A DNA stretch of 63,213 nt from Vermamoeba vermiformis. Taxonomy: Eukaryota. The notes under the pieces were generated by a model, which worked only from the letters and a program-made list of their open reading frames with translations, did no database searches and was not told the DNA's origin. Made by a program: the position numbers and the translations under genes. This document shows positions 31,402-45,626 of this stretch, one piece after another. The stretch lies in the NCBI GenBank assembly GCA_045837725.1, contig JBEWZL010000035.1:1-63213 (forward strand). Direction: 5' to 3'. Within the stretch, counting starts at the first letter, position 1. Every line of letters starts with the position of its first letter.

Positions 31402-34148
31402 ATGTACCGCACACTACTCTGCTCGTCTCGTATATTCAAAAACGCTACAAGGCAGAGCAACTCAACATCTTCACTTTTTCAATTTTTCTCGAATCAAAGA
31501 CAACATCTGACTTCACCTTCAATGGCTGACTTAACTAAGCTTAGAGAACTTCTCAAAAAGGAAAATATCGGGGCTTACATTATTCCCACCGAGGACGCTC
31601 ATCAAGTAAGTCTTTCACTCGGTTTGTCAGATTTGAAAATTTCAATTCTAATTTCCCTCAAATATTTTTAACCAAAATATCTTCGTAAAATAGAGCGAAT
31701 ATATTGCAGATTGCGATAAGCGAAGAGAATATATTTCTGGTTTCACTGGATCAGCAGGTAAGAAATGGAAAGCCACCAAAAAATTTTCTTTTATTTGTCA
31801 TCAATTTTAACTTTGCTAAAGAAAAATATTGTCAATATTGACATATTTGTTAGGATATCAATTAACATAATGTTGTAGGCACTGCTGTTGTCACTTTGGA
31901 TCACGCAGCTTTGTGGACCGACGGCCGATACTACTTGCAGGTAATTCTTATCAAATACTAATTAGTCGTTTATCGATTAATATTTTTAAATTTTAAAGGC
32001 CGAAAAAGAGCTTGGCAAAGGCTGGACTTTGATGAAAGGAGGTCTGCCCACCACTCCTACTCAAGCTGCTTGGTTGAAGACTGTAAGCAGCTATTAGCAC
32101 ATATAATGTGGCATTTAAATATAGCCGCTGACTATGGTACAAATAGGTCTTGGCCGCTGATAGTGTTGTTGGCTATGACCCGCAATTGTTCTCAAAAGGT
32201 ACGTGGTCACGGGCACTTCGAACCAAAAATTAATTAAAGCAATTAAATAGCTACTGCTCGCACCAACGAGACTCAAATGAGCCAATCTGGACTTAAATTC
32301 AAGCCCGTGTTGGACAATTTGGTCGATAAAGTTTGGGAGAACAAGCCTAAGGCTCCCAGCGCCAATGTTTTTGTTCACCCTGTAAAATACGCTGGCGAGG
32401 TAAGAGTACTGCATAAATATAATATACAGTACCGTATTAATATTTCTTATTAGAGCCATTCCAGCAAACTCGGAAAAGTTCGCGAGTATTTGAAGTCCAA
32501 CAATGTTGATGCAGTTGTCATCGCTGCTTTGGACGAAGTCGCTTGTAAGTGACTAATAGTTACTATTATATAACAATATCGAGGTCTAATGTATCTTTAT
32601 AGGGTTGTTCAATTTGCGTGGTTCAGACATTTCGTTCAATCCTGTGTTCATTTCATACGCTGTTGTCACCGCTGACAAGGCTCACTTGTTTGTCAATCCG
32701 TCTAAGCTCACTGATGAAGGTACATAATCTAATGCATAATATACACTGAAGTGGATGAGTCTAATTGCCTTATAGTCAAAGCTCACCTCGGTAATGAAGT
32801 TGAAGTTCACGAATATGACGCTGTGTTTGGATTCGTGAAGAAACTGTCAGATGAGAAGAAGGTCAGTTATTCCGCACCAACAAATATGGCAGTAGTTTTC
32901 ATATTTACGTTTATGTTTAGAGTATTGCGTTGGATCCTGCCAAGTGCAACATGAAACTATTCGCTAGCGTTGCTGATGTAAGGCACAAGAAAGCACTAAT
33001 ACACGCGACGCAATCATTTAATGACAATGATAGGTATCTATCCGTGAGATCAGCTCGCCCATCACACACCCCAAGGGCATCAAGAACGAAGTTGAACTCG
33101 AAGGCATGCGTCAAGCTCACCTCCGCGACGCCGTGGCGATGGTCAAGTTCTTCACGTGGTTGGAAGATGAATTGAAGCACGGCAAAAAGCATGATGAAGT
33201 GTCGATTGCGGACAAGCTCGAGCAGTTCAGAAGCCAACAAAAAGATTACGTCAGCTTGAGCTTCGACACTATCGCCGGATCTGGTGGCAACGGCGCGATC
33301 ATTCACTATCACGCACACAAAGAGACTTGTGCACCTGTCACCACTGACAAACTGCTCTTATTGGACTCTGGTGCTCAATACAGGCACGTGCCTACAATAC
33401 TGAACGTATTTCCTAATTAGGAAACTAACTTGTCGAGCAGAGACGGTACTACTGACGTGACTCGTACCGTGCACTTTGGCACACCTTCAGCCGAAGAGAA
33501 ACACGCCTACACGAGAGTGTTGCAAGGTCACATTGGACTGGACCGCGCGGTGTTCCCTGACGGCACTTCTGGTACGTGCAAAGTTCACGCCTATGGTTTT
33601 GGCATGGCTCTAACGAATGATATTTGCAGGTGGTAAATTAGATATTCTTGCTCGTGCCCCGTTATGGCAAAGTGGCCTCGAATATCGTCACGGCACAGGT
33701 CACGGTGTCGGTGCGTTCTTGAACGTGCACGAAGGTCCGCACGGCATTTCATTCCGAGACAGCGCTTTTCAAGTGGCACTCAAGCCTGGCATGATTGTCA
33801 CGAACGAGCCTGGTATGTACAAATATGGAATTGGTCACGTGATTTTTGCTAACAAATGGACTTGAAGGCTATTACGAGGACGGCAAGTTCGGCGTGCGCA
33901 TTGAAAGTGTGTTGATTGTGCGAGAAGTCAAGACCCCGCACAACTTTGGTGGTGCCAAGTACTTTGGTTTCGAACACATTACTATGGTGCCTATTCAGAC
34001 CAAGTTGATTGACACCTCGTTGATGAGCCCCGTTGAAATTGAGTGGGTGAATAAGTTCAACAAGGAGTGTCACGACAAATTAGCGCCATTGTTGGGCGAC
34101 GATCACCACGCTTTGGAGTGGTTGAAGAAAGAGACTAAGGCCATTTAA
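31402..34148 (+). CDS. XPNPEP1: Xaa-Pro aminopeptidase P (M24B, XPNPEP1-like)
   Basis: [62 protein letters not shown]. Confidence 0.95.
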
Positions 34149-34285
34149 ATATGTTATCGATAAATTAGGCTTATTCAGTATTGTCAAGAAACCGTAAGCG
34201 AAATTCCCTGTAATTTGCTAGTCTCGCGATCCTGTTTTTTGGGTGATTGGCGTATTCAAACAAACGAAAAGTTTTACCAAGAGCA

Positions 34286-35741
34286 ATGCAATCGCTCAAT
34301 GGAATAAAAAAAATTTTAATTGCCGGTGGAACTGGCTGGCTAGGTAATACAACATGCGTGCACTTTTTGTTACGATTTTTACCGTAAGGTGAAGTCACTT
34401 AAAATGCAAAATATTTTAATAATTAATATATTACGTGGTAATAATTTTACGATATTAAGGAAAACAAATTAGAGCCCGGATCGGCCAAATTAATTCACAG
34501 ATTCAAGTCATATCAATCTCACGGACTCCTGGACCAAATATTATTACCTGGGACGATATCAAATCAAAAGGTACGTGCAATAAAGTCATTCGAACAATAT
34601 TATATTGGTTCTCTAGGCATTCCTTCAGACGCGGATGCGGTAGTGAATGTGACAGGCAGAAATATCTTTGAAAAGCGATGGACAGCTGAGTTTAAAAAGG
34701 AATTAATTGATAGCAGAGTCAATCCTGTTCGTACCATGGTACGTATTCAATCAATTGCGATCTATTTGTAACGATTTTTTTTGTTCAGGTGGATGCCATT
34801 ACAAAAGCTGAGGCAAAAGGAGAATCCAATGTGAAAGTAATGCTAACAGCAAGTGGATCGGCATATCCACCAAGTGAAAGTTCGTATTCCATTGTATTTA
34901 AATTCCATCAACCTCATTACTAACTCGATCTGTTTCTCAGCAAAAATTTATACCGAAGAGGATGAGTACGGCAATGATTTTGGCGGAATAATTTGCAAAG
35001 AAGTTGAAAAAGCAGCAACATTTCCTAACAACAGCAAAGTAAGATCAGTTTACATGCGAATTGGAATTGGTACGTGATAACTTAAGTTTCAGTTTGATAT
35101 AACGGGAACATATACTAACGCAATATTAATATAGTACTGGGCGACGAAAAAGGCGGGGGCTTGCCTTGGTTAATCCCAATGTATAAATGGGGCATTGGCG
35201 GGAGATTAGGAAGTGGCAAACAATATTTTCCTTGGATCCACGTCGATGACTTGGTAAGCGACTAAAAATATATGTTGATCTATATACAAGTCACTTTGTT
35301 ATTGTTATTGATCGGTTTGGTACTGGTACTTTTTCATTAAAACTAGTTGAGATATGTCGGATCCAACACATCATCGCTGATCTCGTTCATTGAATTTAGA
35401 TGAATATTATCGTTGAGCTGCTAGGAAATGACAAATATAAAGGGCCTGTGAATATAGTGGCACCAGGCATAGTCACCAACCAACAGTTGTCCGACACTTT
35501 GGCATCCGTTTTGCATCGACCAGCTTTCTTTTGGAAACCAGCCTTCATAGTCAGTTCAATACTAGGTATTACTAATATTACATTAAATACATTCATAACA
35601 TGATTAATAGGAGAAAGATCGTACATCATTTTAACAGGCAGAAATGTAGTCCCGAAAAAACTGTTGGAATTCAATTACGATTTTAAATACAAGGCTTTAA
35701 GACCTGCCCTGGAAGAGCTCGTAAAACGATATTATTCATAG
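34286..35741 (+). CDS. NAD-dependent epimerase family, SDR39U1/TIGR01777-like
   Basis: IAGGTGWLG, GIGGRLGSGKQYFPWIHVDD, GPVNIVAP, VVPKKLLEFNYDFKY. Confidence 0.88.
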
Positions 35742-35779
35742 GATAATGCTTAAGTTACGCTTGTAAATAAATTAGTTTA

Positions 35780-36624
35780 CATTGAGATATATGTCTCATG
35801 AAAATTTATTGGGTTGTGTCCAAAAATTCGAAAATTTCTTCGTCAAATCTCATAGCTACGTGGGCGATAAATTCAGCCTCGATGCTATTTTTGGGTAATA
35901 CCCTAGCGATGCTAATATAAGGTAGCAGTTATTGTTGTGCTTAAGGTATGGTCATTGTGCCAGATCCACGTTTTTGACTCGGTGGATCCAGCATTGTGAT
36001 CATAACTACAAATGCAATTTATAGCATATCGTTGCTATAAAGAAGTAGAAGGTGACGGCTCGTCCTCCTCATAACGATATGGGAGCAAACCGATGATATC
36101 TAATGTCCGTCTATCTGTGCAAAGTTCGAACTGCGGGTGGATCCGGCAGTTAGAACAATTAACGAAATTTTTGTCATATTTTACGATTGGAATTTCCTAT
36201 ACTATATTAAGCAAATATATGTACTATATGTATTAGTGAACCCATTTAAGGGATCATTGAATCGAGGGAGATTCAGATCTGACGAATGTAAAAAAACACT
36301 CGTTTTGACGTTGATCTGTAGTACCTTCTGACAAACTTTAGATGCTGATCTGAAGTGCACCTAGTAATCAATCATTTATGCGCAGTATAATGACCATACA
36401 CTCTTAATTTTGTAAGAGAATATCATTACCGCCGAAGGGTAAAAATTTAACGGAATCACATAATAGTGAAAGGTCAGGTTAATATCGTCATAAATATAAT
36501 CTAAAATGACCATTGTATATGTTTCGGGTCAGCAATTAACGCACTAAGAGCACACCGTAGTTTTGCTCGTAGAAAAAATTTTGGACACAACCCGTAGAAT
36601 TTTCACAGGACATATATCTCATTG
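35780..36624. mobile_element. non-autonomous DNA transposon (MITE, Tc1/mariner-type TA target)
   Basis: ~48-bp imperfect TIRs CA(T/A)TGAGATATATGTC..TGAAAATT..GGGTTGTGTCCAAAAATT; TA on both sides (35778-35779, 36625-36626); no transposase ORF. Confidence 0.85.
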
Positions 36625-36773
36625 TACAGGACCCCAGTGTTTTGTTGCTTGATCGAACTCATACTCAGAGTATTTCGCGACATCAAAAATTGAGGAAATT
36701 TCAAAGGTATTCTTATCAATCAAAAAAGCTGGATTAAATCGAACCAAAACGATTACTTTATTTGTCGCTAGTA

Positions 36774-39700
36774 TTAATGCTCATCGTGTTCTATTCGTTT
36801 GTCGCTCTGTGCTACAGTTTGCCTCAGCGACTCATCTTCTAAAATTGTAAACAAATCTAATTCTTTGGCGCCGCTCGCAGTCAATAATTCTTCCATTTCT
36901 CGATGATCATTTTGTTGTGCTATTTTAAGTGGTGTCAAACCATCGTTCGTCATGCTGTTAGGATTGGCGTTCATTGTCAACAGTCTCTTAGCCATATTAA
37001 TATTTTGTTCTAAAAAAAAGATTAGTCTACCTCTTCATTTGGTTTTATCATTAATTCGGATGTGGATCCGGCCGAAAAAAACTGGGTTCCTTAATGTAGT
37101 GTTGTATAATTAGGGACTTACCTGCGACAGCAATGTGCAATGGTGTAACACCTTCATCATTTTCTGCGTTGACATCAGCACCAGCATCTAATAACAGATC
37201 TGCAATTTCCCAGTTTTGTTCGTGCAGGGCGATGTGCAAAGCAGTCACGTGATCAGTTGTTCGTCGCAGTTTGACATCTGCCTTGAGGTCTAATAGCTGT
37301 TTCACCAACGTGATATTATTGTTATGGCAGGCCTAGTAAAAGATCGTAAGAAAAAATTGAATTTTTGGATGTGGATCTGGATCTGGTACTTACAAACATG
37401 AGCGGAGTTTGTCCGAAATTATCCGGCAAATTAACCTCCGGCCGTTGTCCTAATAATAGTCCGCAAATGATATTGTTGATTTCAGTCGGTGACATGAACT
37501 TATCATCGGAGTTCATTTTCTCTTCGTTCAATCTTTGCGTTTCTTCTTCGAGATCGTGAATGGGGGTCGATGCTGCGAGCAATAGAGCGGAATAACCATA
37601 TTCATTGCGTGTATTTACAATCGCTCCATTTTCAAGCAACAACTTGACGCACTCAAAATTGCCTCCTATCGACACAGTTCAATCAATACAGACCATTACC
37701 ATATTAGGAAATAACATGTAAAAACGATATGTATTTGCTCAATTTATACAAAGTCAATTTTGCGCATAAGTGTAGATATCTCCATATTAGTAAACAATGT
37801 CCTTAATAGGATAATTTTGCAAAAGTTGCGTAACTCAACGCACTGAAGTTAAAGTAACATTTTCAATTCTTTTGCCGTGAAATTTTGAGTTAGAAAGTGG
37901 TTTGTACGTACTTTGCACGGCAATATGCAGCGGCGTCCAACCCTCGTTGTTGGGCTGTTCGACGTAGCTAGGGAATCGTTGCAACATTGGCTTGAGGCAA
38001 TCTGCGTAACCACGTGCTGCGATGATGTGCAGAGGTGAGGCACCAGCAAGGTCCTATGTCATATTGTTAATTAATAAGAGGACTTTAGTTCGTCCAAAAC
38101 TACGCACCTTGACATTGAGACTCGCACCGCTCGTTAATAACAGTTCGATAATTTCGGGGCGACCACTTTTGGCAGCGTAATGCAACGGAGTTTCTCCGTA
38201 ACGGTTCTGAAATTTCATTAAAATTAGTCCACGTGTTTTCACTGAACAAACGACAATCTCCTATAATACTTACTGCTGCATTAACATCAGCGTGTGCGTA
38301 CGACAAAGCTGCCTGCAAAAATTCCGCCGCGCCTTCCATGCTCGCCAAATGGATCGGAGTTTCTTCGTCTTTCGTCCAATCATTTACTAAAAAAGGCAAT
38401 AAGTTATTATTCTGGTCAAAAGTTGTCAAAATTAATACGTACTGCTCAGACCCTTAGCAACAAATAATCGCAATAAATCGGGTCTGTTCGCAATTGCTGC
38501 TACGTGAATAGCATTCAACCCTTCAGTGTCGCGATAAACTATTTTCGCGCCTTTTTTGATCATGTATTCAATGGCTTCCACGGGCAGCATCGCTTGCACG
38601 GCCAAATGTAGCGGCGTAATGCCCTAATATAGAATATATGAGCACCAAGTATGATGATATTCATGTGGCTATTAACTCACGGATTCATCGACAGCATTAA
38701 TATTGGATCCGCTGTCAATTAAAAGTTTGATCATTTCGAAGTTGCCCCTGTCAAAAGTGTCAAAAATTTTTGCAATGTTTTTGATCGAGAAATCGACGCA
38801 ACGTACCTCGAACATGCCAAGTGCAAAGGGGTAGTGCTGGCATTATTTACAGAATTCACTGAAATTCCTTTCTCCACGATGAGTTTTCCCGCGACAGTAG
38901 TGTCATCCATCAAAGCCGCGATATGCAAAGCATTTTCACCCTTCAAATGCGTGCCTTGAAAATGTTTGACCAAGTTCATCAAACAATCCAAATGCTTGTT
39001 TTGCACTGCTGTCTTGAAATCACTGCAACAATTTTTCCTTTGGATCACGGGCCCGGTTGGCGTGTAGACCATTTGACTCGCTGGATCTGAAAATAAATTA
39101 TCGCTTTCAATATCTTCTTCGTCATCTTCTAACATGCGTTCTTCGCCCATCATGCGATTTTGGAAAGATCCGTAACTGGATGCGCTAGGACCGTCTTCGT
39201 CTTCCATAGGCTGTTCAAGAATTTGTCCTTCATGAATCATATTTTCCAAGAACGCTGGTTCTTTAATTAGCGTCGGCACTAACGATTTAAATTCGTCTTC
39301 GCGTTTTTCTAGTGCTGCAATTTCTTCATCGGTAAAGCCCGGAGATTGATTAATTTCTCGGGCCATTTGATGTTTGAATTCTTCGAATGGAGTATCGGGG
39401 ATTTCATTCGGAGAATTTTGGCTTTGTTCGATGTATTTTTTGACTTTTTCTACGAGTTCTGGCGGCATGTCTTGCAATTTTTTGTTTTCAATATTGTCCA
39501 TTTGATCGGCGAGTTCTCGAATTTGCTGCTCTTCTTCGAATTTTTCAATGAGCATAAGATAGAATTCGACGGTATGTTTTAAGTTTCGCGGATTTGCTTC
39601 CAGTTCTTGAACAACTTCAGGATTATCCAGATCGTATTCAATTCTTTGTAAAATAGCCTGGGGAATTTCTATACGCTTTATAATTAATAAAATTTGAATC

Positions 39701-40230
39701 AAATGAATAAATCGAAGCAATTTACCTTTGCCTTCAAGCTTTTTCTCCATCAAGATCTTGATCGCCTTGAACAGATCGCGCCTCCTTCGGTTTTTTCGTA
39801 GTTTCTTATTCTTTTTCGACTATATTAAAATAGCAATTAGAATTCATAATAAAATACGGCTGCGTGCGCGCGTTAATTGATGGATCCACGAAGTGAGTTC
39901 ATTAACTTATTTCAGAAAATACATTATATAATATGATAATATACTAGTACTTACGTTAGATATATTCCTAATAAATAAATAATTTTTTTGTTCAAACAAA
40001 CTTCTCGATCCACAAATCTGCGTTCGGATCGAGAGCTCATTGATTAAAGGACTTGTGTTATTCGTTGCAAATATTTTTCTACTAATATTTGACGAGGAAT
40101 AACACCGTTTACTTGACTGTTCAGACGGTAATCGAAATAACGATCCGGATCTCACACAAGCAGATTTGACGCTGGGTGTCTTCGTCAAAAGTCCTAATGT
40201 GCGACTTGTTGAATGTACAAGCCGTTGCAT
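36774..40230 (-). CDS. ankyrin-repeat protein with putative mitochondrial presequence and acidic helical N-terminal half
   Basis: Many ankyrin repeats (GENALHIAA, TTPLHLAC, GETPLHYAA, GVTPLHIAV, GLTPLKIA); Arg/Ser-rich N-terminus MQRLVHSTSRT...RCYSS. Confidence 0.85.
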
Positions 40231-40438
40231 TTCGTCTTGGTTGATTTTACGATTTAAAAAGACAATTTTCGTCCAAACCAAATTGGTGCAACTTCCGAAT
40301 CTGTTGGAAGACATCTCACTGGCGGAATAGCCAATAGAGGCAATCTATTCTTTGACTATTCAAAATTCAGGCTTGAATTAGCCTCAATGAAAGGGTATTT
40401 ATCCGAAAATTATCGTTTATTCTGAATCTGCAAGGTTT

Positions 40439-40924
40439 CTATTTCTTCAACAAATACATACCAAACAGTGTGAATATGAGTAAACCCATAACCAAAATAT
40501 TTCCGTCGGGAACTAAGCTTCGTCCGTCTTTGTCTTGATTTTCTGAACTAAATCCGAGGCTATGCCCAATCTTCTCCATACCCAAGCCGAACGTGGCTTT
40601 ATCCTTGATAATAATTTTACGTGCCTTGGTAATCTCGTTGAGGTAGCATTTCATAATATTTCGGAAATGCTTGCGAATAACGTATTCGTTTGAAACCTTC
40701 CGCAAATCTGAAAAGTCTTCCAAGCTAACTATCGATTTAGCCAAATCTTCATTGAAATTAATATCGGAGCAATCTTCTAAGTTTTCTTTGACGAAAGCTT
40801 GAATGAGCTTGGTCATCTTTTCGTAAACAACTTCCAAAAACTCTTCATATGAGGCCTCTCTTGCAGCTTTAAGTTCTTGCACGAATTTATTGATAACAAG
40901 CTCCATGCTAACAAAATCTGTCAT
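40439..40924 (-). CDS. hypothetical intronless tail-anchored protein
   Basis: 161-aa ATG ORF, helical, with a C-terminal TM segment ending in KK. Confidence 0.65.
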   Translation of the reverse strand: MTDFVSMELVINKFVQELKAAREASYEEFLEVVYEKMTKLIQAFVKENLEDCSDINFNEDLAKSIVSLEDFSDLRKVSNEYVIRKHFRNIMKCYLNEITKARKIIIKDKATFGLGMEKIGHSLGFSSENQDKDGRSLVPDGNILVMGLLIFTLFGMYLLKK

Positions 40925-41395
40925 TTGCTGTTGTGGTTATTCAATGCTATGCAATTTTGTACTGCATCGATTTTTGTCACTTCGTTACTACATCACTCCT
41001 CACTCGTCCTTGTAAATGCTTTCGGTTAGCAAGGTAGCTAAAGTTGTCGCGATGAATTAAATGCGAAATTCGCGGCGAACTAGCGACAGCAATTTCCATG
41101 ACTTAACTAACGAGTGAATCGACACGCTAAACTTCAACCGAATAGTTAAACCATTAAATTGGTATCAATTTATCAACTATAGTCACGTAAGTAACGCTGG
41201 AGGTTCTTTTTTGATAGTTCACGAAGGAAACGGGGCTGGATGAACCCGCGTTTTCATTTCTTAGTTAGTTGTTTAAATTAAGAAAATCGCCGTAGCTATG
41301 GACTTTTTTTTTAATGTCTAATGGTGTCCTTTTTTTGCAGTTTCTCCACTCTTCAAACCTAGCCCTGGTAAATCCCTGATCGACCCTGGTAAAAC

Positions 41396-43220
41396 ATGAA
41401 GCCTCAAAACAGCGTCAGTCAACACAAATGTACAACAAAGCCACGCTATGACCTGGTCATAATTGGCGCAGGCCCACATGCTCTGAATTTAATTTTGCGA
41501 TATTTGGAAAAAGAAGATGCCGATCATTCATACGAATTTGCTGTTGGACTGCATTCTCGACACCACGCTAATGTTGGAAAATTAAGAGAGCATATTTTTC
41601 CGACAAATCCGAGGAAAAAAGATCTAAATAGAGTTTTGGTCGTCGATCCTGCAGGATGTTGGCTGAATGTCTGGCGAACAAATTTTGAAGCCCTCCAGAT
41701 TGAGAATCTGAGGTCACCAAGCGACATACATCCCGATCCTATCGACTCCTCGGCCCTAATATATTTTGCTGAAGAAAAAAAGGTGCGAGATCTAACTACG
41801 TAATTTTTAATATTCTAACAAATTATTCTAGCGAGCTGACGAAATACGCCCGATTACAGGCGTGCAAAGGAGCAAGAGTTATGATAGTGGAGTGAGTTTT
41901 CCTAGTTCTGCTGTCTTCAGCGATTTTTGCGAACAGCTGATCGAGAGTTATCAGCTCAACAAAGTCCTGAAAAAAGCTTCTGCGACGAGAATAACTCCCA
42001 TTTGTGATTCTGGTACGTATTAATCAGCAATATTACGCAGAATTTTTCTAATTTCCGTAGATCAAACCGCATCACATTACGCCATCGAATTATCAACCGG
42101 CGAAACTATTACTAGTGTCGCGACAGTATGTGCTATTGGCAGCACGATCGATTGTCACAACCAATTGCCTTTTTGGGCTGAAGATCATTATCACCAGAAC
42201 AAACAACTGTTGCATTGTCACGACTTGATCCAGCTTATAAAAGACAAGAATCGTAAGATTGGAACTATCAAGCTTACAATGCTATTAAAGTCGGCACTTA
42301 CATTATTATTTTTATAGCGCCAGATGTAAAAGATAAGACAGTACTTATTGTCGGTGGCGGACTTACGAGTGGTCACTTGAGCCTCTTAGCGTTGCGCGCG
42401 GGTTGCGAGAAAGTTATTTTAATATGTAGACACTGTTTGCAAGTCAAGCCATTCGATTTGGACCTTGGCTGGTAAGCTAAACAGCGTGACTTTTTTTGCG
42501 GCCGGATCTGCTCCTTTGAGACGCACTTGTGAATTCCCATTTATTAATATTCTTAATTTTAGGATTGCAGCAAAGAGTAGGCCACATAAACTGCAACAAT
42601 TCTACGCGTTGAAGCCGGAGGAGCGTTGGAAAATGATTCAAAAGTCCCGTGGCGGTGGTAGCATTAACCCTGCCGTGATGAAGGAGATGAAAGAATATAT
42701 AGACATGGGAAAGATTGAAGTGTGCGAGGATATTGAAGTATGGTCTGTTGATTGGAAGGTAGGTTAAAGTCAAGATGAAAGACGATCTCGGCAGATCTTT
42801 CCCCTGCGCCCTTCAAACGCAGATCTATTATCGGATATTGCAGTTTTAATAACCGGAATGATGTTTATTAATTTTTTATTAAACTAGAAGGAAGGAGACG
42901 ATGGTACTGAAGGACGTTTTAATGTCGAATGCAGCGACGATTCTAAGAAGTACTGTAATCATATTTGGCTCGCAACAGGCACTCAAGTCGACATTACGCA
43001 AGAGCCACTCTTCGAAGAGGTGCTAAAGCAAAGTCCTATCGAGATTGTACGAGGATTCCCCGTGGTCAGATCAGATTTGTCTTGGTCCGAGACGTACCCA
43101 GGATTGTATGTTATGGGACGGTACGCTGCATTGTCCCTCGGTCCAGACGCACTCAATTTAGCAGGAGCTCGCATGGGTAGTTGTAAAATAGTGGATAGTT
43201 TGAAGAGGTTGTTCGCTTAG
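41396..43220 (+). CDS. FAD/NAD(P)-dependent oxidoreductase, lysine/ornithine N-monooxygenase-like
   Basis: IIGAGPH, LRSP..HPDP, VLIVGGGLTS, WLATG, LGPDALNLAGAR. Confidence 0.85.
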
Positions 43221-43642
43221 CCCTCGCAATGCTCACCTAATGCAATAAACTGAACAAATTTATGCACGAGCGAATGTAAGTGATGAGGACAAGTCAATTA
43301 GAACGAGCACTAATACTTTCAAAAGTACTGGTAATCGATCTTTTGTCGCGGCATGAGCACGAGGAGCGTGCAGCCAGGAGTTAGTCTGCTTTTTTTTCTG
43401 GGCACTGACGGAGCAGAAAGCAAAACAACACATAGCAACAACAGTAATGCACCGGTTGACAGCAGTCCAAGTACAAACACCGGCGTTTAACACTTGCCGT
43501 GCCTGTCCCATTAGATAAGTACACACAGTGTTGCAAAGAAATTTCGAAATGGGTGTCAAATCTTGTCAGCCCGCTTTATTAATAACAACGCGGTGATCAT
43601 TTCTTGGCCAATAATTTAGTCGCAATCATACAAGCACGAGTA

Positions 43643-44922
43643 ATGGCGTACAAGGTACGGAGCATTGTAAGCTAATAATTTTTACGGGAATAATCGTTAA
43701 TTAATTTGTTGATGAAAATGCACGCATTAACAAATCGTTTATAAGTATAATACTAGTATTAATTAGCAATATTAATAGGTGCACAATATAAATTATTTCG
43801 CCTTGCTGATATTCGTTATCGCAATTTTCGATTGCAACGCCCAAGAACTCGGATCTACGATAAGTTTCCGAGGAGACTGGGAAAATGGTCTTACTGGTGT
43901 TGGTAATTGGGCCAGTACCGAGTGGGCGCGTCCGAATGCCTCGATCCAGCTGATCACAGAGCCGGTGCGACAAGGCAAATACGCAGCTCGATTCGAAGTG
44001 ACCGAGAATGATTACATTAACAGTGGCGAGCGTGCTGAAGTGTCTAGCATTAGAAATGCTACTGGTGCGGTAGATCGCGCAGAAAACATACCCGGTAAAC
44101 GACAAGAATTTTTTAGATCACGGATGCTGACTTTTTTTTTCTTAGGAAATGTATTCTTCTACGCATTTAGCGCTTATTTACCTTCTCCATTTGTAAGCGG
44201 CACTTCATGGACGATTTTGTTGCAGATGCACGGACCAAACTCGTGGCCTTACGCCGGCGCCTCTCCTTCTTTTGCAGTCAGCGCGCAAGGAGTGTATGCA
44301 ATTCATGTCAACGGAGGACCTAAGAACGGCACAAAAACCAATTACCGAAATGCGGAATATAAATTCTCAGATTCAGAAATCATTCCTGACTCGTGGGAGG
44401 ACTTTGTGTTCGAGATCAAGTGGGACATTGAAAACAAAGCGTACATCAATGGCTGGCGCAGACGATGGGGCCAAGGCGAAAAAGAATTCACGCAAGTGCT
44501 GCGGGTGACCAACGAGTCCACACTGATGTACGACTGGAATTTGGTGGTCAATGGTAGGACTTGCACGTGACGTTCATGCAACTCGATCACTCATTGCCTA
44601 ATTAGGAAATGGTACCGGCACAGTGCGTGACGCGCACTACTGGAAGCATGGCGTCTACCGCGGTAGTCCCCACGTGACTCCGAATGCAACCGTGGCCATT
44701 CTCGACGGCTTCACACGTGCTCTGACATTCGCGGACGCAGTGTACGGTGCTTTTGGCGACGAGCCTGCTGCGCCGAGTGCTGGACCTGGTGGTCAGTCCA
44801 ATCAGCCTGGTGCTAACTCCACGCCTGGAGTCAACACACCAAGCACTGTGACATCAGACACTGCTAGTTTGGTTGTTAGTGCTGTTGTTGGTGTGACGGT
44901 GTTTTTAACTGCTTTGTGGTGA
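43643..44922 (+). CDS. secreted, probably GPI-anchored polysaccharide-lyase-like (heparin lyase I-type jelly roll) protein
   Basis: MAYK|VHNINYFALL signal; VRQGKYAARFEV, GERAEV, LLQMHG, WEDFVFEIKW, YWKHGVYR; Pro/Ser linker and hydrophobic tail. Confidence 0.75.
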
Positions 44923-45626
44923 ATAAATTGAATGGACCAGAGTAGAAATTTCTCAGCGCGTGACGCTCGAATTATCAGCTCACCCACGACTATGTCTAAT
45001 AAGCGCAAGAAAATATTCATTGCTTTTTTGGGCCATTTTTTGATTTCGGCTTTCGCTTCGTTTTGCTCGTTGCAAAATTTGTTATTTATCGCAGAAAGAA
45101 ACAACAGCTGTATTATTAATTTCAAGTACCCGCAGCCAGTTTGAATCAACGCTCATCAATTATAATTTATTCAATATAACTATTTGCCAATGGGTCACCG
45201 GTGACCTCTTAGTGCAGATTGAGATCGTTTCTGCGTCGACCAGGCAATAGGTAAAATTATTAATTATTCCTATCACGCCTAAAATTATTGCATGATTTTT
45301 GGAAGTCGACTAAATAATTTATTCACCGAGAGATCAAATAATTTTGTTACAACAGCAGATTCGTGCCCAAACTCTGAAAATTAATTAATTAATTTCACTA
45401 TCCAGGATATAAGTAATAAATTAATTTATTATCAGACGTATTTTCAGAGTACCGCGTGAGGACGGCCCGAATGAGGATGCGTTAAAATTTTGGTAAGTTT
45501 TCTTTTGTCTAACGCCACCTACCCGAGGTCCTGACTCGAGCAACACGGAGAACATTCCGAACCTTTTCTTTCTTACTTACTAAGAACCAACGGCCAGGGC
45601 TACCTCCTAATATCAAGTAAATAATT

